64,000 bases of DNA, from the NCBI GenBank assembly GCA_964016885.1, contig OZ024744.1, positions 37,448,001 to 37,512,000 of the forward strand, read 5' to 3'. The notes beneath the pieces were generated by a model that made no database searches, was not told the DNA's origin, and saw only the letters and a program-made list of their open reading frames with translations. How positions within the stretch are numbered: the first letter of the stretch is position 1; the number at the start of each line of letters is the position of its first letter. This document shows positions 51,315 through 64,000 of this stretch, one piece after another. Source of the DNA: Eledone cirrhosa. Lineage: Eukaryota. A program made the translations under genes and the position numbers.

Positions 51315-52188
51315 GCCCATTAAACATTGATATAAGAAAATAATTTCTTACCGCTGTCAATAATTCATGTCCGTAAAGTAGCTCTCTCTCGCCTCGAATG
51401 ACCGCCAAATTTGAAATTCCAGCAGTTTTTGACTGAGGAAGTATCATAGCGACACGAAGCGGGAAGGGGAGACAACTCACGAAATGAGGAAAAAAATAAT
51501 ATACACGCGGGTTAATTAGTTTTTATGAAAACATTATCAATCCAACGTGTTTAAGAACTCAATTGAAAATAAAAAAATAAATATATGCTTGTATAAATTA
51601 CACACGCATATAGATATTTTCTTAGGCTAAATCAGAAGTTGTACTCGAATAAGAACCGCTTCTCATAACCGCAGTAAATGCAGAAAGTTATACTATAAGG
51701 GGCAAATGGGAATATAATTCTCCGGCCGAATTATTAAGAGTAAAATATAAAACACAAGCGGGTTAATTAGTTATTTCAAAACCAATATTAATTCCTCGTG
51801 TAAAGAACTCAATTAATAAAAGAAAATAAATACATATATGCATGTAATTATATACGTAGGCATATATATATATTTTCCTAGGCTAAAAAACAGAAGTTAC
51901 AACCAAAAAAAAGCCACAATATTTCACAACAGTAATAAATACGGAAAGTCAAATTCATAAGGTACCTGGAAATAAACACCTCTGGCCAATCAAGAGTAAA
52001 TATTTAATACAATAACAGAGATAGTTTAAAGCTAAACTCTGACTGGTAACCATCTCACTCAACAAACATTAGGTTATATTAAAATATAAACCCAATTTAA
52101 GTGTTTGAGTTGCTAACAATATGTATAATATGGAAAAACCAGTTGTATTATTTTATGAGATATAATTAAAGTTAAAGTATATCTCTCT

Positions 52189-52314
52189 TTCCAAACAATT
52201 TTTTCATTATAAGTTTTCTACAAGTTTGGGAGAATGTTTCCAGTTTATGTAGAAGCCTAATATATATTCATGTAAGAATATATTTAGGTGGGCACTTATA
52301 AATCATCAGTGGAA
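52189..52314 (-). ncRNA. Second copy of the same hammerhead, one stem III substitution
   Basis: Same motif with aaaattgt in stem III (change at 52201). Confidence 0.65.
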
Positions 52315-52384
52315 GCCCATATATATATATATAAAATAAGATAAAATAAATAAGTCAAATGTTTAAAATTTGGCTTCGTTTATT

Positions 52385-52439
52385 ACTGCTATATATATTT
52401 CGGTGACAGCCATCCTCGGCTGCGACCTCTTCAGGCAGT
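52385..52439 (-). ncRNA. Type-I hammerhead, intact
   Basis: actgc-CTGAAGA-ggtcgcagcc gaggat ggctgtcacc-GAA-atatatat-A-gcagt. Confidence 0.82.
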
Positions 52440-52550
52440 CCGAATTAGTGTGGTAAAGAAGAGTTCACATGTTGTTGGGGTGTTTAATTTTGTCAATACT
52501 CTGATATGCCCAGTTCCTGGTTGGGTTGTTATTTCACTGAGGAACTGAAA

Positions 52551-52677
52551 TCATATGAATTTAAACAAACGAATTTCAGCATCAAAGGACATCTTCTCTC
52601 ATTGGTCAGTTGTGAGAAGAAGATGAGAGGAGAAAATGTCCTAAGACGCTGAAATTCGTTCGTTTGAATTCATATGA
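52551..52677. repeat. 50-bp imperfect inverted repeat
   Basis: tcatatgaatttaaacaaacgaatttcagc pairs with gctgaaattcgttcgtttgaattcatatga. Confidence 0.85.
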
Positions 52678-52724
52678 CACACACACATAAATATGTGTGT
52701 GTGTATATATATATATATATAATG

Positions 52725-52935
52725 ATTTCTAGTATAGGCACAAGGCCAGTAGTTTGGGGGAGGGGAAGTCGATTAAATCTACTCCAGTGCATTACTGGTA
52801 CTTTATTTTATCGACCCCGTAAGGTTGAAAGGCAAAGTTAACCCCGGCGAGATTTGAACTCAGAACGTAAAGAGACGTGACTATGCCGCGAGGCAAGCTG
52901 TCCGACCCTCTACCGATTCTGCCAATCCACCGCCC
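52725..52935 (-). mobile_element. tRNA-derived SINE, full length
   Basis: Head, B box, core and tail all present. Confidence 0.88.
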
Positions 52936-53462
52936 TTATATGTATAAAAAAAAAATAAAAAATAAATATATATATATATATATACACACACATATATATA
53001 TATATATACATATATATACATATATATATATAAATATATATATACATATATATATAAATATATATATATATACATATATATATACATACATATATACATA
53101 TATATGTATTATATATATATGTATGCGTGTGTGTGTGCGCGTGTGTGTGTGTGTGTGTAGATAAATCTACCAAAACATACGGTAGTGTCCAATCCGTATG
53201 AAGAACTCAATGTAATCTAAATATCATGAAAAGAGAAGATGCATTCAAAAGTTTTCGATGAAAATCATAGGAAAACAGAGTCAAGATAAATTAATAAAAA
53301 CAATGAAATAAATCAAAGAACAAGTTCCTTATATTAAAAAATTCATAATTTTACGATCGTTTCTAGGATGTATATGTTTGTTGGTATGTATATCATATAG
53401 ATCTATGTAAAAACACTACAAATTATCACAGGAAATATACATACCTTCACATATACATGCCG

Positions 53463-53530
<68 letters not shown>

Positions 53531-53536
<6 letters not shown>

Positions 53537-55342
53537 ATTCTTTGGGAGGGTCATGTTGCCAATAAGAAAGACACGTACTAATTGCTTTCACTCCAATTTA
53601 TTATAAATTAAATTTATAAATTTCCGGTTGGTTGGTTGGTGGTTCCATAACCGGACAATAAACTTAAACTTAACTGGTGGGACAATAAACTTAAACTTAA
53701 ACTTAAAATTAAAGAACAATTAGAAGACAGCAATCTCTTAACCCTGACAATGTAATCTCGCTACGTTGATGATATAAGCATCGTAGTAGAAACCCACCCA
53801 CTAGAGAACAGTCATGAATTAGAGAAAACACCATGGAAAGCATCCAGCAAATAGTTAAACCATCCACCAGAGTATTAGAGTTACTATAGACTACCTAAGC
53901 AAACATCCCAACCATCGATTACCTGTACTAGACACAGAGCTCTGGTTAGAAACCATTAATAACAAAAGACAAATCCTCCATTCCCATTATGCCAAACCCA
54001 TGACTTCCAAATATCTGATCCACCGAAACTCAGCTGTTTCGGATCACACCAAAATCAACATACTGATTGCGGATTTGGTACGGGTGATGAGAAACGTGTC
54101 CCGCATGTGCAACCGCCAAGAACTATAGAGAAACATACAACACTTCATCCACCGTATGCAGATCTCTGGTTACAATCAGAGAGATAAAATCAGAGTATAT
54201 AGAGGAGCCAGAACCATATGGGAAAAAATGGTAAATAATGATACAAATGGGACCTGCCCCTTGTACAGGAGCAAATTTTCGAATAGAATAGAAAGAACTA
54301 GGAATAAGATTAATAGAATAAACTCATGGTATGATAGCAATAAATACCAGAGTGTAATGTTCATCAATACAACCCCTAGAGGTGAATTAGCTTACAAATT
54401 TAGAAGGGCCCTAGATAAACATAAATTTAATATTTAGATAATAGAAAGACCAGGTACCTCCATAAAAATACTTATTAGCAATACATACCCTTTTCAACGA
54501 CCTCCCTGTATAGATAAGAAATGCATAATCTGTAAACTAAGCCCCCATATTAACTGTAAAATTAGAAATTTAGTATATAGCATAAGATGTACTGAAGGAC
54601 AATGTAAAGATAAGAATATAGTGTACATAGGTGAGACAGCTCGTAGTATAGGAGAACGGTTAAATGAACACTGGCGAGAACTCCAAGATAAAAAAGAATC
54701 ATCAATACTCCACCAGCATGCTAAAATAGAACATAAGGGCAAATTAGAGAACATAGAAATAAAAATAGAATCTACATACAGAAAAGACGCAATGTTTAGA
54801 CAAATCACAGAGGCAATAAACATAAATGAAGTCCAACCAAAATTAAATAGAAAACATGAATGTAATAGTAACATTACAACTTACAATTAAGGACACAATG
54901 AAAACACACACACACATAGAAACAAACAACCAACCAGTAACCTGTGAATAAACAAATAAATAAACAAATATAAACACACACATATACCCGGATGTAACAC
55001 ATGCGCAAACTAAGCACACAACACACAAAAACAAGATGGCGTAAGACAGAACAAAAGATAGGTACAAAAACAAAGAAAATAATCCCCAGTCACTGAAGAC
55101 GTCACATAATGTGTGACGAAATAACTTTGACAATATATGAACAACCGTCCGGTTATGGAACCAAACAACCAGCTGGAAATTTATAAATTCTTAACTTTAT
55201 GAATTTAATTTATAATAAATTGGAGTGAAACAGCTGGTGCGTGTGTTTCTTATTGGCAACATGACCCTCCCAAAGCATAACAATATCGGTTTCAACACAC
55301 GTTTTCAGATAAAGAATCTTGCTAAACAAATTCAGAAACGAA
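53531..55342 (+). mobile_element. Penelope-like family P2, 5'-truncated: inverted pLTR, RT end, GIY-YIG, 3' pLTR
   Basis: YVDD at 53762; LPVLDT, HYAKP; CKIRNLVYSIRC, VYIGETARSIGERLNEH, RQITEA, PKLN; inverted pLTR at 53531-53657; pLTR at about 55030-55342; stops and frameshifts. Confidence 0.9.
55089..55131 (+). ncRNA. Minimal hammerhead (P2 pLTR)
   Basis: gtca-CTGAAGA-c gtcaca taatg tgtgac-GAA-ataact-T-tgac. Confidence 0.65.
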
Positions 55343-55397
<55 letters not shown>

Positions 55398-55403
<6 letters not shown>

Positions 55404-55594
55404 AACGAGTAGGACCCCGACGGCTGAGCTCAAGCCGTTTCGACGGCTAATTCTGGACGTCCACAATTAGCCGTCGAAACGGCTTGAGCTCAGCCGTCGG
55501 GGTCCTACTCGTTCCTATTACCCACTCTACTACCCTAAGTATTGAGTACTTTGGTGCGTTATGGACCACCTGGTTCCTTACCACATTTCCTTCG

Positions 55595-55597
<3 letters not shown>
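55398..55597. mobile_element. pLTR fragment with a 120-bp spacerless palindrome and half hammerhead
   Basis: 55398-55519 is near-perfectly self-complementary around ggac|gtcc. Confidence 0.65.
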
Positions 55598-55627
<30 letters not shown>

Positions 55628-55628
<1 letters not shown>

Positions 55629-56846
55629 TAGCAGAATGACCAGGCGTTGCACGGGATTTCCTCTAGGGTTCTTATATATTTGATATATATTTATTCTTAT
55701 CGAGCCTCGTGAAATAAATACGTTTATTTATATTTTGTTATTGTGTATGCAAAAATATCAGCACACGAATATATAATCTATATATATAAAACTGTGGTTG
55801 TCTGTCTGTCTATCGATTTTTGGCACACATCTCCTCTTAGAATCTCTCACGGAATTGCACCGAAATTGCTATACTTGTACATTGAGCCCTAGCGAAGACA
55901 TCGGAAAAAAAATATTTCAAATTGACCCACCCTATGTGACGAAATCGAATATAATGTATCGATTTTTGAGCGTAAGTTATCAGTTATTTCCCTTTGTTCT
56001 GTTTACATTGAGCGTCTTACGTAAAAAATTACGCTGGCTTTCTCAGCGTTTAAAATGACATTAACACAATACACGAACAGTTGTCGAGCCAGCAACATAT
56101 TGACCTGTAAAATTCATCAGTTCGAACACTAAGCTTTCGTTTTGCTTCATTTCCATTTAAAAGCATTTTAAAACAATATTTTTACTTGAAAACAAGTCTA
56201 TTTAAAGACTACGTAAAACAAGCAAATATTTCGTAAAAAAGAGCAAAAATTATATAAGTTTATTTAAAATATATGTATCTGTAAATTTCGTGAGGCGTGC
56301 AGACAGACAGTCGTGCAGAGAGGTGATATAGTCGTGCAGACAGACAGTCGTGCAGAGAGTTGATATAGGCGTGCAGACAGACAGTCGTGCAGAGAGGTGA
56401 TATACGCGTGCAGACAGATAGTCGTGCACAGAGGTGATATAGGCGTGCCAGACAGATAGTCGTGCAGAGAGGTGATATAGGCGTGCAGACAGATAGTCGT
56501 GCAGAGAGGTGATATAGACGTGCAGACAGACTAACTGATAATTTGGTTACGCTAATGTTTTTCTCTGCGTTGCAGTGTTTACATTTTCGATCTTTGTTAA
56601 TAAATAACCAGTGCAGTTTCTATCCCCAGCATCCTCTTTTGTTATAACATTCGGGTTATCGTTATGTTTTCTTAACTTCATAAGGCATATTGTTGGTTGA
56701 GGGAATATTAATCAAAAACACCACATGCAAGTCTGCACAGTAGACACTACAGTTTTTAAGCCAAAAAAGAAACTTAACATTGTAACTTTAACACAGCTAC
56801 TGAGCGACCCCAAGCAACGCCGGGCTTTACTGCTAGTTATATATAA

Positions 56847-56938
<92 letters not shown>

Positions 56939-57494
56939 ACAGTACAGAGAAGTACGGAATACCTCGGCCTCGGGATGGTGGCTACATTTTGTGCTTATAA
57001 AAATAATTCGTCGTAGATTACCAGGTTTTTTTTCCGGTCGAAGAAAATCAATAATTTATCGCGAAATAAATGCTTTTGTTTCTATTTTGTTATTGTGTAT
57101 GCAAAAATATCTGTACACGAATATATAATTATATATATATTAAAATAACACATTAAAGTTTAAGCTACGAATCATATATAGACACACACACACATATAGC
57201 GATGTCATAATGTTTTAATGCAGACAGACAGACATACAGCCAGAAATATTATAAGGGCGCAACGTTATATCTATGTATCTATCTAAAAAGAGAAAGAGTA
57301 AGAATTATAGATAGAGATCGCTAAATCGCATAATGCGGTCTCTAGGGTATTGACAATTTGAAATTTTCTTTTCTCAAAACACTCACAGGACCATAATTAT
57401 TACATGTGTAAAGTTTGAAAACAATCAGTTGGGTAATTCTCGAGTTTTAGTGAGCTGACAGACAGACAGACATTCTCTATTTTAGATATATAGA
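55628..57494 (-). mobile_element. Helitron B, full span, interrupted by Helitron A
   Basis: Minus strand: TCtatatatctaaaatagagaatgtctgtc start; cccgtgcaacgcctggtcattctgCTAG end. Confidence 0.78.
55777..56836 (+). mobile_element. Helitron A, copy 3 (six 37-bp units)
   Basis: A|TC...CTAG|T; matches copy 1 outside indels. Confidence 0.85.
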
Positions 57495-57529
57495 TATATA
57501 TACATATAAACTGTTTATATTAATCTACG

Positions 57530-58065
57530 ATAAAAATTTATGGCGCACAAAAGATATAGTGTGATAACGATTAAATAAACAGGAAAGGGAGACATTGTTT
57601 GTAGAAGATGTCCAGGGGTACTCGAGGGGAAGCCTATTCCAATCACAGCAATGGCCCATAAAAGTGGTCGATAGCATCTGGTGTCTAGGCAACGTAATTA
57701 GCAATAGTGGTCTTCTGAGAGCATAATAGCTAGAAATAAGGGTAGGATCGAAAGATCTTAGAGAGCTACTCATAATGTTGACCACAAAAGGTTTCTCTTT
57801 ACGTACAAAAGGACAACTGTATGTTGCCTGTGTGTGAAGTGCGATGTTGCATGGTAGTGAAACATGGGTGGTTACTGCAGGGGACATGTGTATACTCGAG
57901 AGAAATGGTGCAACCATACTTCATTGAATGTGAAATGTAAGTGTGAGAGAAAGGCAGAGCTTGGGCGTGCTGAATGAGAAGCTGGGTTTAAGAGGGAGCC
58001 TAGGTGATGAGTAGGAAATGACAAAGGATCGTGGTGTGTGGAGAACTGAGAAGGACCCGTCTATA
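57530..58065 (+). pseudogene. Old RTE-clade LINE 3' fragment
   Basis: TKGFSLRTKGQLYVACV*SAMLHGSETW; homologous to 41700-41900. Confidence 0.8.
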
Positions 58066-58234
58066 TATAAACATTGCAAGTCCTACGTCATGAACGATTT
58101 TGTGATACAATTCTCGTAGTATATAATTTGGCTTCAATTTCCACAAAGAATTAAAATATATTTTACGGAATACTTCAGTAATTAATGTGCAGTTCGTGCA
58201 AGAGGTATGGTTTCCCTGAGAGGAAGATTAAAAC

Positions 58235-58745
58235 GATAAGGTACGTAAAGATTTGAAGTTTACAGGATGATAAACAATACTCCTTAAACAGGAGAATCTT
58301 CAAATAGGGACGATCGAGAAAGTTCACAGTCACCCTAATCACCATAAGCCTGTCCCCTCTTCTTAGTTTCCTTCTCTTGGTGCTGAGAAGAGAAGCAGTT
58401 TCTCTTGCTATACATCTCCACTCCTTTCTTTTCAAGTGGAACTTGTAATGGTCAATCAAAGCTGGATTAATCAAACATTTCAACCTTGTCCACCACACGA
58501 CTTCTTTTGTTGTAACTCTGGAGAAAAAAAAAGAAACTGCTTACCTTTCCCAGTTAAAGGAGGGTGGTGAGATGATCTTCAAGTTGAACTAAGCCGATAA
58601 CCCGATCTGTTCTATGTGACAGCAGCCAGTCGAAATAATTCCTCAGGTCAGTAATGCTCGGACATTGAATGAGAATATGTAGAACGGTTTCATCACCATG
58701 CGCACATCGCAGCCGGGTCCATCAGATAGCAATTTCGACTTATAC
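58235..58745 (-). pseudogene. Old 3' fragment of a Tx1 element related to 13524-19585
   Basis: RCAHGDETVL and WWTRLK...ALIDHYKFHLKRK align with the ORF2 C-terminus. Confidence 0.8.
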
Positions 58746-59009
58746 ATTTTACCACGAACCATCAGGCACCTTCAGGCAAAAGACATCTATAGAAGTACCC
58801 GTTTCGAAATTCCTCCGATTATCTCAGCCTATAGGAAATCTCACTTCTGATTTCTTCTAAACAACCACAATGAAGATTTTAGAACCTGATAAAAATATTT
58901 AAGCCGGATTTATATTTTCTTTCACCGCGCCATATTTAGAATGCCTGATGCTACATGTATATAGCTATACAAGAAATACTTCCTCCAATACACATACATA
59001 CACACACTT

Positions 59010-59460
59010 CCCTACCTACCTACCTACCTACCTACCTACCTACCTACCTACCTACCTACCTACCTACCTACCTACCTACCTACCTACCTACCTACCTACC
59101 TACCTACCTACCTACCTACCTACCTACCTACCTACCTACCTACCTCCCTGCCTACATACATATATACATATATACCTATCTACATACATAGATACATAAT
59201 ACATACATACGTACCTATCACGCATACATACACACATATACATACCTACATACTCACAAATACATACATACATACAAACACCCATATGTACGTACACACA
59301 TAGCTACACATGCATTCATACCTACCTACCTACTTGCATACATACACATACATAGATATACATACACATACATACATACATACATACATACATACATACA
59401 TACATACATACATACATACATACATACATACATACATACATACATACATACATACATACC
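59010..59460. repeat. (CCTA)n and (CATA)n tetranucleotide arrays
   Basis: Directly visible. Confidence 0.95.
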
Positions 59461-60113
59461 TATATACATATATATATAAATATATATATGTATTTGTGTG
59501 TGTGTGTGTGTGTGTATAGTGGGGTGTAGGAAGATATATAGATTATAAATTGAAGACAGCGGTGGGTAGGTTTATTGTATTTATCTGTTTTTAATAAATT
59601 TTACATTTCTTGGATAGAAAAATATTGACAAGTTGAACGTGAAGCCCGATAATACTACCAATGGTGGTTTGTAAAAGTTTCTATCTACTGATTTTTATCT
59701 ATTCAGCAATAACTATACATTTTATCTTTATCTTTATCTTTTTGACATCTGATTTCTTCTATGATTGCAGTATCTATACGCTGTCTATGTGTATAGCCAG
59801 TCAAAGACTATCGACTATTTATTTAATGTATTTATCGCGAGAAATAACTCATAATATCCATATAAATGGCTTCCATATGCCTTTCTCAATCTATTCTCTA
59901 TAATTTTATATGTGATATGTCTTTTGTATGCTTGTCGAAGAAAGAACACGGTACATTTGTAACAGCACCACTTTTCCGATCATGTGCAACAGAACACCAG
60001 ACATTCATTTTCACAAACCATAAACTCGATGTTCGATGTTTGCATAGAGGAGATGAAATGTATATTGATTGGCCTCAAGAGAATAATGTGAGTGTGTGTG
60101 TATATGTATGTAG

Positions 60114-60465
<352 letters not shown>

Positions 60466-61420
60466 AATATGTATATATATATATATGTATATGTACGTAC
60501 GTATGTATATGTATATATGTATATATATATATATGTATGTATTTATGTATGTATATATATATACATACGTATATATATATGTATATGTGTATGTGTGTGT
60601 ATATTTGTATGTACATGTATGTGTGTGTACATGTATATATGTATGTTTAATTGTGTATATATATATATATATATATTTGTGTACGTGTATGTATTTGTAT
60701 ATGTTTATATCTATGTATGCTTATGTATGTTTTTAATGGAGCATCCTATGTAAGTATACCTCTATCTATATATGTGAATATATGTACTTTTGTGATCTAA
60801 GAAAATTATGCGTTTTGACTATATGTCAACATGCATTTATCTGGGATTAATTACTTATATATAGACACACTTGAAAATATTTACTATTTTATATTTTATG
60901 ATGCATCATACGCTATATTATACTATATACAAGGTACCATACTGTACTATATTATATTACATCATATTATATTATTATATTATATTATTATATTATTGTA
61001 TTTTATTATCTTATTATAAATTTCATCCTTTAATATACTATCCTTCCTAGTTATGACCATTACTTTACCTATCTATATTTATCCTAGTTAGTTCTGTATA
61101 TTTCATATTTATTTGTTTATATTCACCTAAAAATTCCATACAACACAATTCAACATTTAATTTTTACATTCCTTTTTAAACTTCACTCCACCATCTACAT
61201 TCCACTATCAATATAACAATTCCTTTATATTCATAGGTTCTTTATAGTAATTCTATTTTTTAACACCATTCAATTCAAAGGGTCATGACCTCAACTAAAG
61301 TGAGATATATTTCATCTTAACATCATATGGCAAAAAACCATTTGATTGGTTTGTTCTTCAGCTACCTCCAAATAAAGTCATAGAACTCAATTTACTATTG
61401 ATTTTGAATAAAATTTGCAT

Positions 61421-61556
61421 TGCTTTTGACAACGGCTGATGATATACATGTAGGTAAATATATACCTTATTTGATATTTTGTAACTAACCTTACATAGAT
61501 CGATAACGAAATATGCGTACGATGTATTATTATCACCTAGAAACGATCGTAAAACA
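61421..61556 (+). ncRNA. Possible hammerhead with U3-A8 core and about 105-nt stem II
   Basis: tgctt-TTGACAA-cggctgatgatatacat...atgtattattatcaccta-GAA-acgatcgt-A-aaaca; related minus copy near 53295-53420. Confidence 0.45.
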
Positions 61557-61600
61557 GTGAAGTATATCTCTAATGACTTGAATTTTTATTTCATTGTTTT

Positions 61601-61675
<75 letters not shown>

Positions 61676-61817
61676 GTGAGGTTTTTTTTACAAAATGAAA
61701 AATAACCGAGGTGTCCTACACGAGTGAAAGTATATATATATATATGGTATGTATATATATATATGGTTTTTCTCACATCAGATGTGACAAAAACCACAGA
61801 CCCTCCATCTCAACTCA

Positions 61818-61855
61818 CCTTTTGAAAAGCAGAAGAACTGCGAAACCGGTAAGGG
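61818..61855 (+). ncRNA. Minimal hammerhead, U3-A8 core, intact
   Basis: cctt-TTGAAAA-gcag aagaa ctgc-GAA-accggt-A-aggg. Confidence 0.75.
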
Positions 61856-61923
61856 AACCAAATAAATATATATATTTTTTAAAAAATAAAACTCCAGTTG
61901 CATTTTCGATTTCATATCTTTTT

Positions 61924-61973
<50 letters not shown>

Positions 61974-62273
61974 AGAGAGAATAGCAGAGTATACCCGAGC
62001 TATATTTAAAACATTTTAATTCTACGTTTGTTTCAATGTATAGCAGCGGGCCATACCAAGTTATATACGAGGTATCTGTCAGTTTCACTACATAGCTTCA
62101 GGAATTTATATATTTTTATAAATTTCAAGAGTAATACATACAACAAATAATTGCATACTATAGATGAGGTTCATACCATATCAATTAATATACAGGTGAT
62201 AATAGAACATGTAATAAGTTAATCAGGAACAGTTAATTAACAGTTATTTACACGTAATCACTCACTTATTGTG

Positions 62274-62334
<61 letters not shown>

Positions 62335-62507
62335 GAAAGAATGAGAAAGATAGAATAATCAGGTTTAATCGATACATATTAAATATATATCGATTTTGTT
62401 TTCTCAATAATAAAATCCTCCATGGACACTAGAATCAATATAGTATATAACTATATAACTACTAAATATAATATATAACTACTCCATGTATATATATATA
62501 TATCAGC

Positions 62508-62602
<95 letters not shown>

Positions 62603-62854
62603 ACATTAAAAGTTTAAGCAATTAATTTCAGAAATTGTAAGCTGAAACTTTTAATCTGTACTAAAATAAATATCTAGTTTTTATATATATATATATATAT
62701 ATAATATATATAATATATAATATAAGATCAAAAGATGGTTAAAAGAACTCCAGTCCTACAAACTGTAGAGTGTTACTTATCCGATATCTGCATTGCTTTA
62801 CTGTACTACAATAAAACTCACCTCCGACATATATATATATAGTATTAATAAATT

Positions 62855-64000
62855 TGAAGACTAAAAGCCAAAGAGGGCTCGATAAGGATAAATACATATC
62901 AAATATATAAGAACCGTAGAGCAAATATTTAATAAAATAACAGATTAAAGTTTAAACAAAGAATCGCTACTTTCACTCTTAACGAGTTCTTCTGAAACTA
63001 AAAAAAATCAATCTGTGAACGCAGAAGTAAATATTTCGAAAAACGTTGCAACCGAAGGAAGACAAGAAGACGATACATTGGTTCGTGGAAACGATCCCTG
63101 GCAAAGAACGGAAAAAAGGAAGATAATACGTCATTATTTGGAGCGTTGAAAACAATTACACGCAAAGACAAAACCACGTTTATGGTATAACTGAAGTCGT
63201 AGACAAAATTCTATGTAGGAAACCGAATGATTCTCGGCTTGAGAGTTAAGAATAATGTAAATAAATTTCAGAGGTAATTGAAATTAAATATATACATGCA
63301 TACGCGAAAACACACGCCATGTGTATGCAAATACAAGCACGTACGCAAAAAACACGCACGTACATACAGAACCCATGTAAAGCCTGTACCCGCACGCATA
63401 CGAACGTTTACACCAAAACACATAAAAATATTAATTAAAAAATATATACTTATGTGTGTGTTTGTGCGTGTATACATATAATTAAATAAACGTATATAAA
63501 TATACACGCATACATATGCATATAACGTGGGCGCACACATACCTACATGTAAATACACATATGTTCACGGAGACGTCAACCAAAACACAATGACACATAC
63601 ACGCACAACATACGTACGAACCCGCATACAGACACACAAAACTCACGTATACGCATAGCACTATGCACATGTACCAGTATATATAATATAATATATACGC
63701 CTATAACATATACAAGCAAATATACGTACGAGAAAGTATACCTACCTTCACAAAACATACAGCTAATATATACTTACCTACATAAATAAGTAATGGTATA
63801 AGCATAACATATACTTAGCTACCACACCAAGACGTAAATTATCCGCGTATAGTTCGTACTATCCGTTAGGGTATAATGTGGAGCTGTAATACAGGAAAGT
63901 TTTGTGCAATTAATGTTTACAAGCCGAAATTGCCTCACATTTTCTGTTTAAGATGTGATCTTTAGCGTAGAGTATTTACAGGGCTTCAGCGGCGCAAAGC
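62855..64000 (-). mobile_element. Penelope P1 3' region and pLTR, continuing past the window end
   Basis: 63470-64000 matches 45225-45800; 62855-63090 matches the pLTR at 34251-34415 and 34930-35085. Confidence 0.82.
62949..62999 (-). ncRNA. Hammerhead motif with CAGAAGA core (P1 pLTR)
   Basis: agttt-CAGAAGA-actc gttaa gagt-GAA-agtag cgattct ttgtt-T-aaact. Confidence 0.55.

Noticed and set aside
61436-61515. CTGATGA...GAAA read as a canonical hammerhead
   Set aside because: Stems I and III pair poorly in that register; the TTGACAA register with palindromic acgatcgt fits better.

Overview
AT-rich, microsatellite-dense animal genomic DNA. The SINE, LINE and simple-repeat landscape suggests a cephalopod such as Octopus (inference). 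No host gene can be supported. The window is an intergenic or intronic mosaic of mobile elements: (1) a full-length 6.06-kb Tx1/L1-clade LINE and two R4/Dong-type LINE fragments, all in one (ATT)n microsatellite; (2) broken RTE LINEs, one split by an inversion; (3) two Penelope-like (RT + GIY-YIG) families with inverted pseudo-LTRs; (4) four families of non-autonomous Helitrons, with nesting and sequence capture; (5) many tRNA-derived SINEs and hAT, mariner, pogo and piggyBac-type MITEs. The main hidden structure is about 20 type-I hammerhead ribozyme motifs from roughly ten repeat families, found by eye. They include core variants (UUGANAA, CAGAAGA), long or branched stem II, and a non-coding 1.3-kb element with two hammerheads exactly 1000 nt apart, a retrozyme-like circular RNA candidate. 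All family names come from motif recognition only; no database search was run. Boundaries of degraded repeats are approximate.
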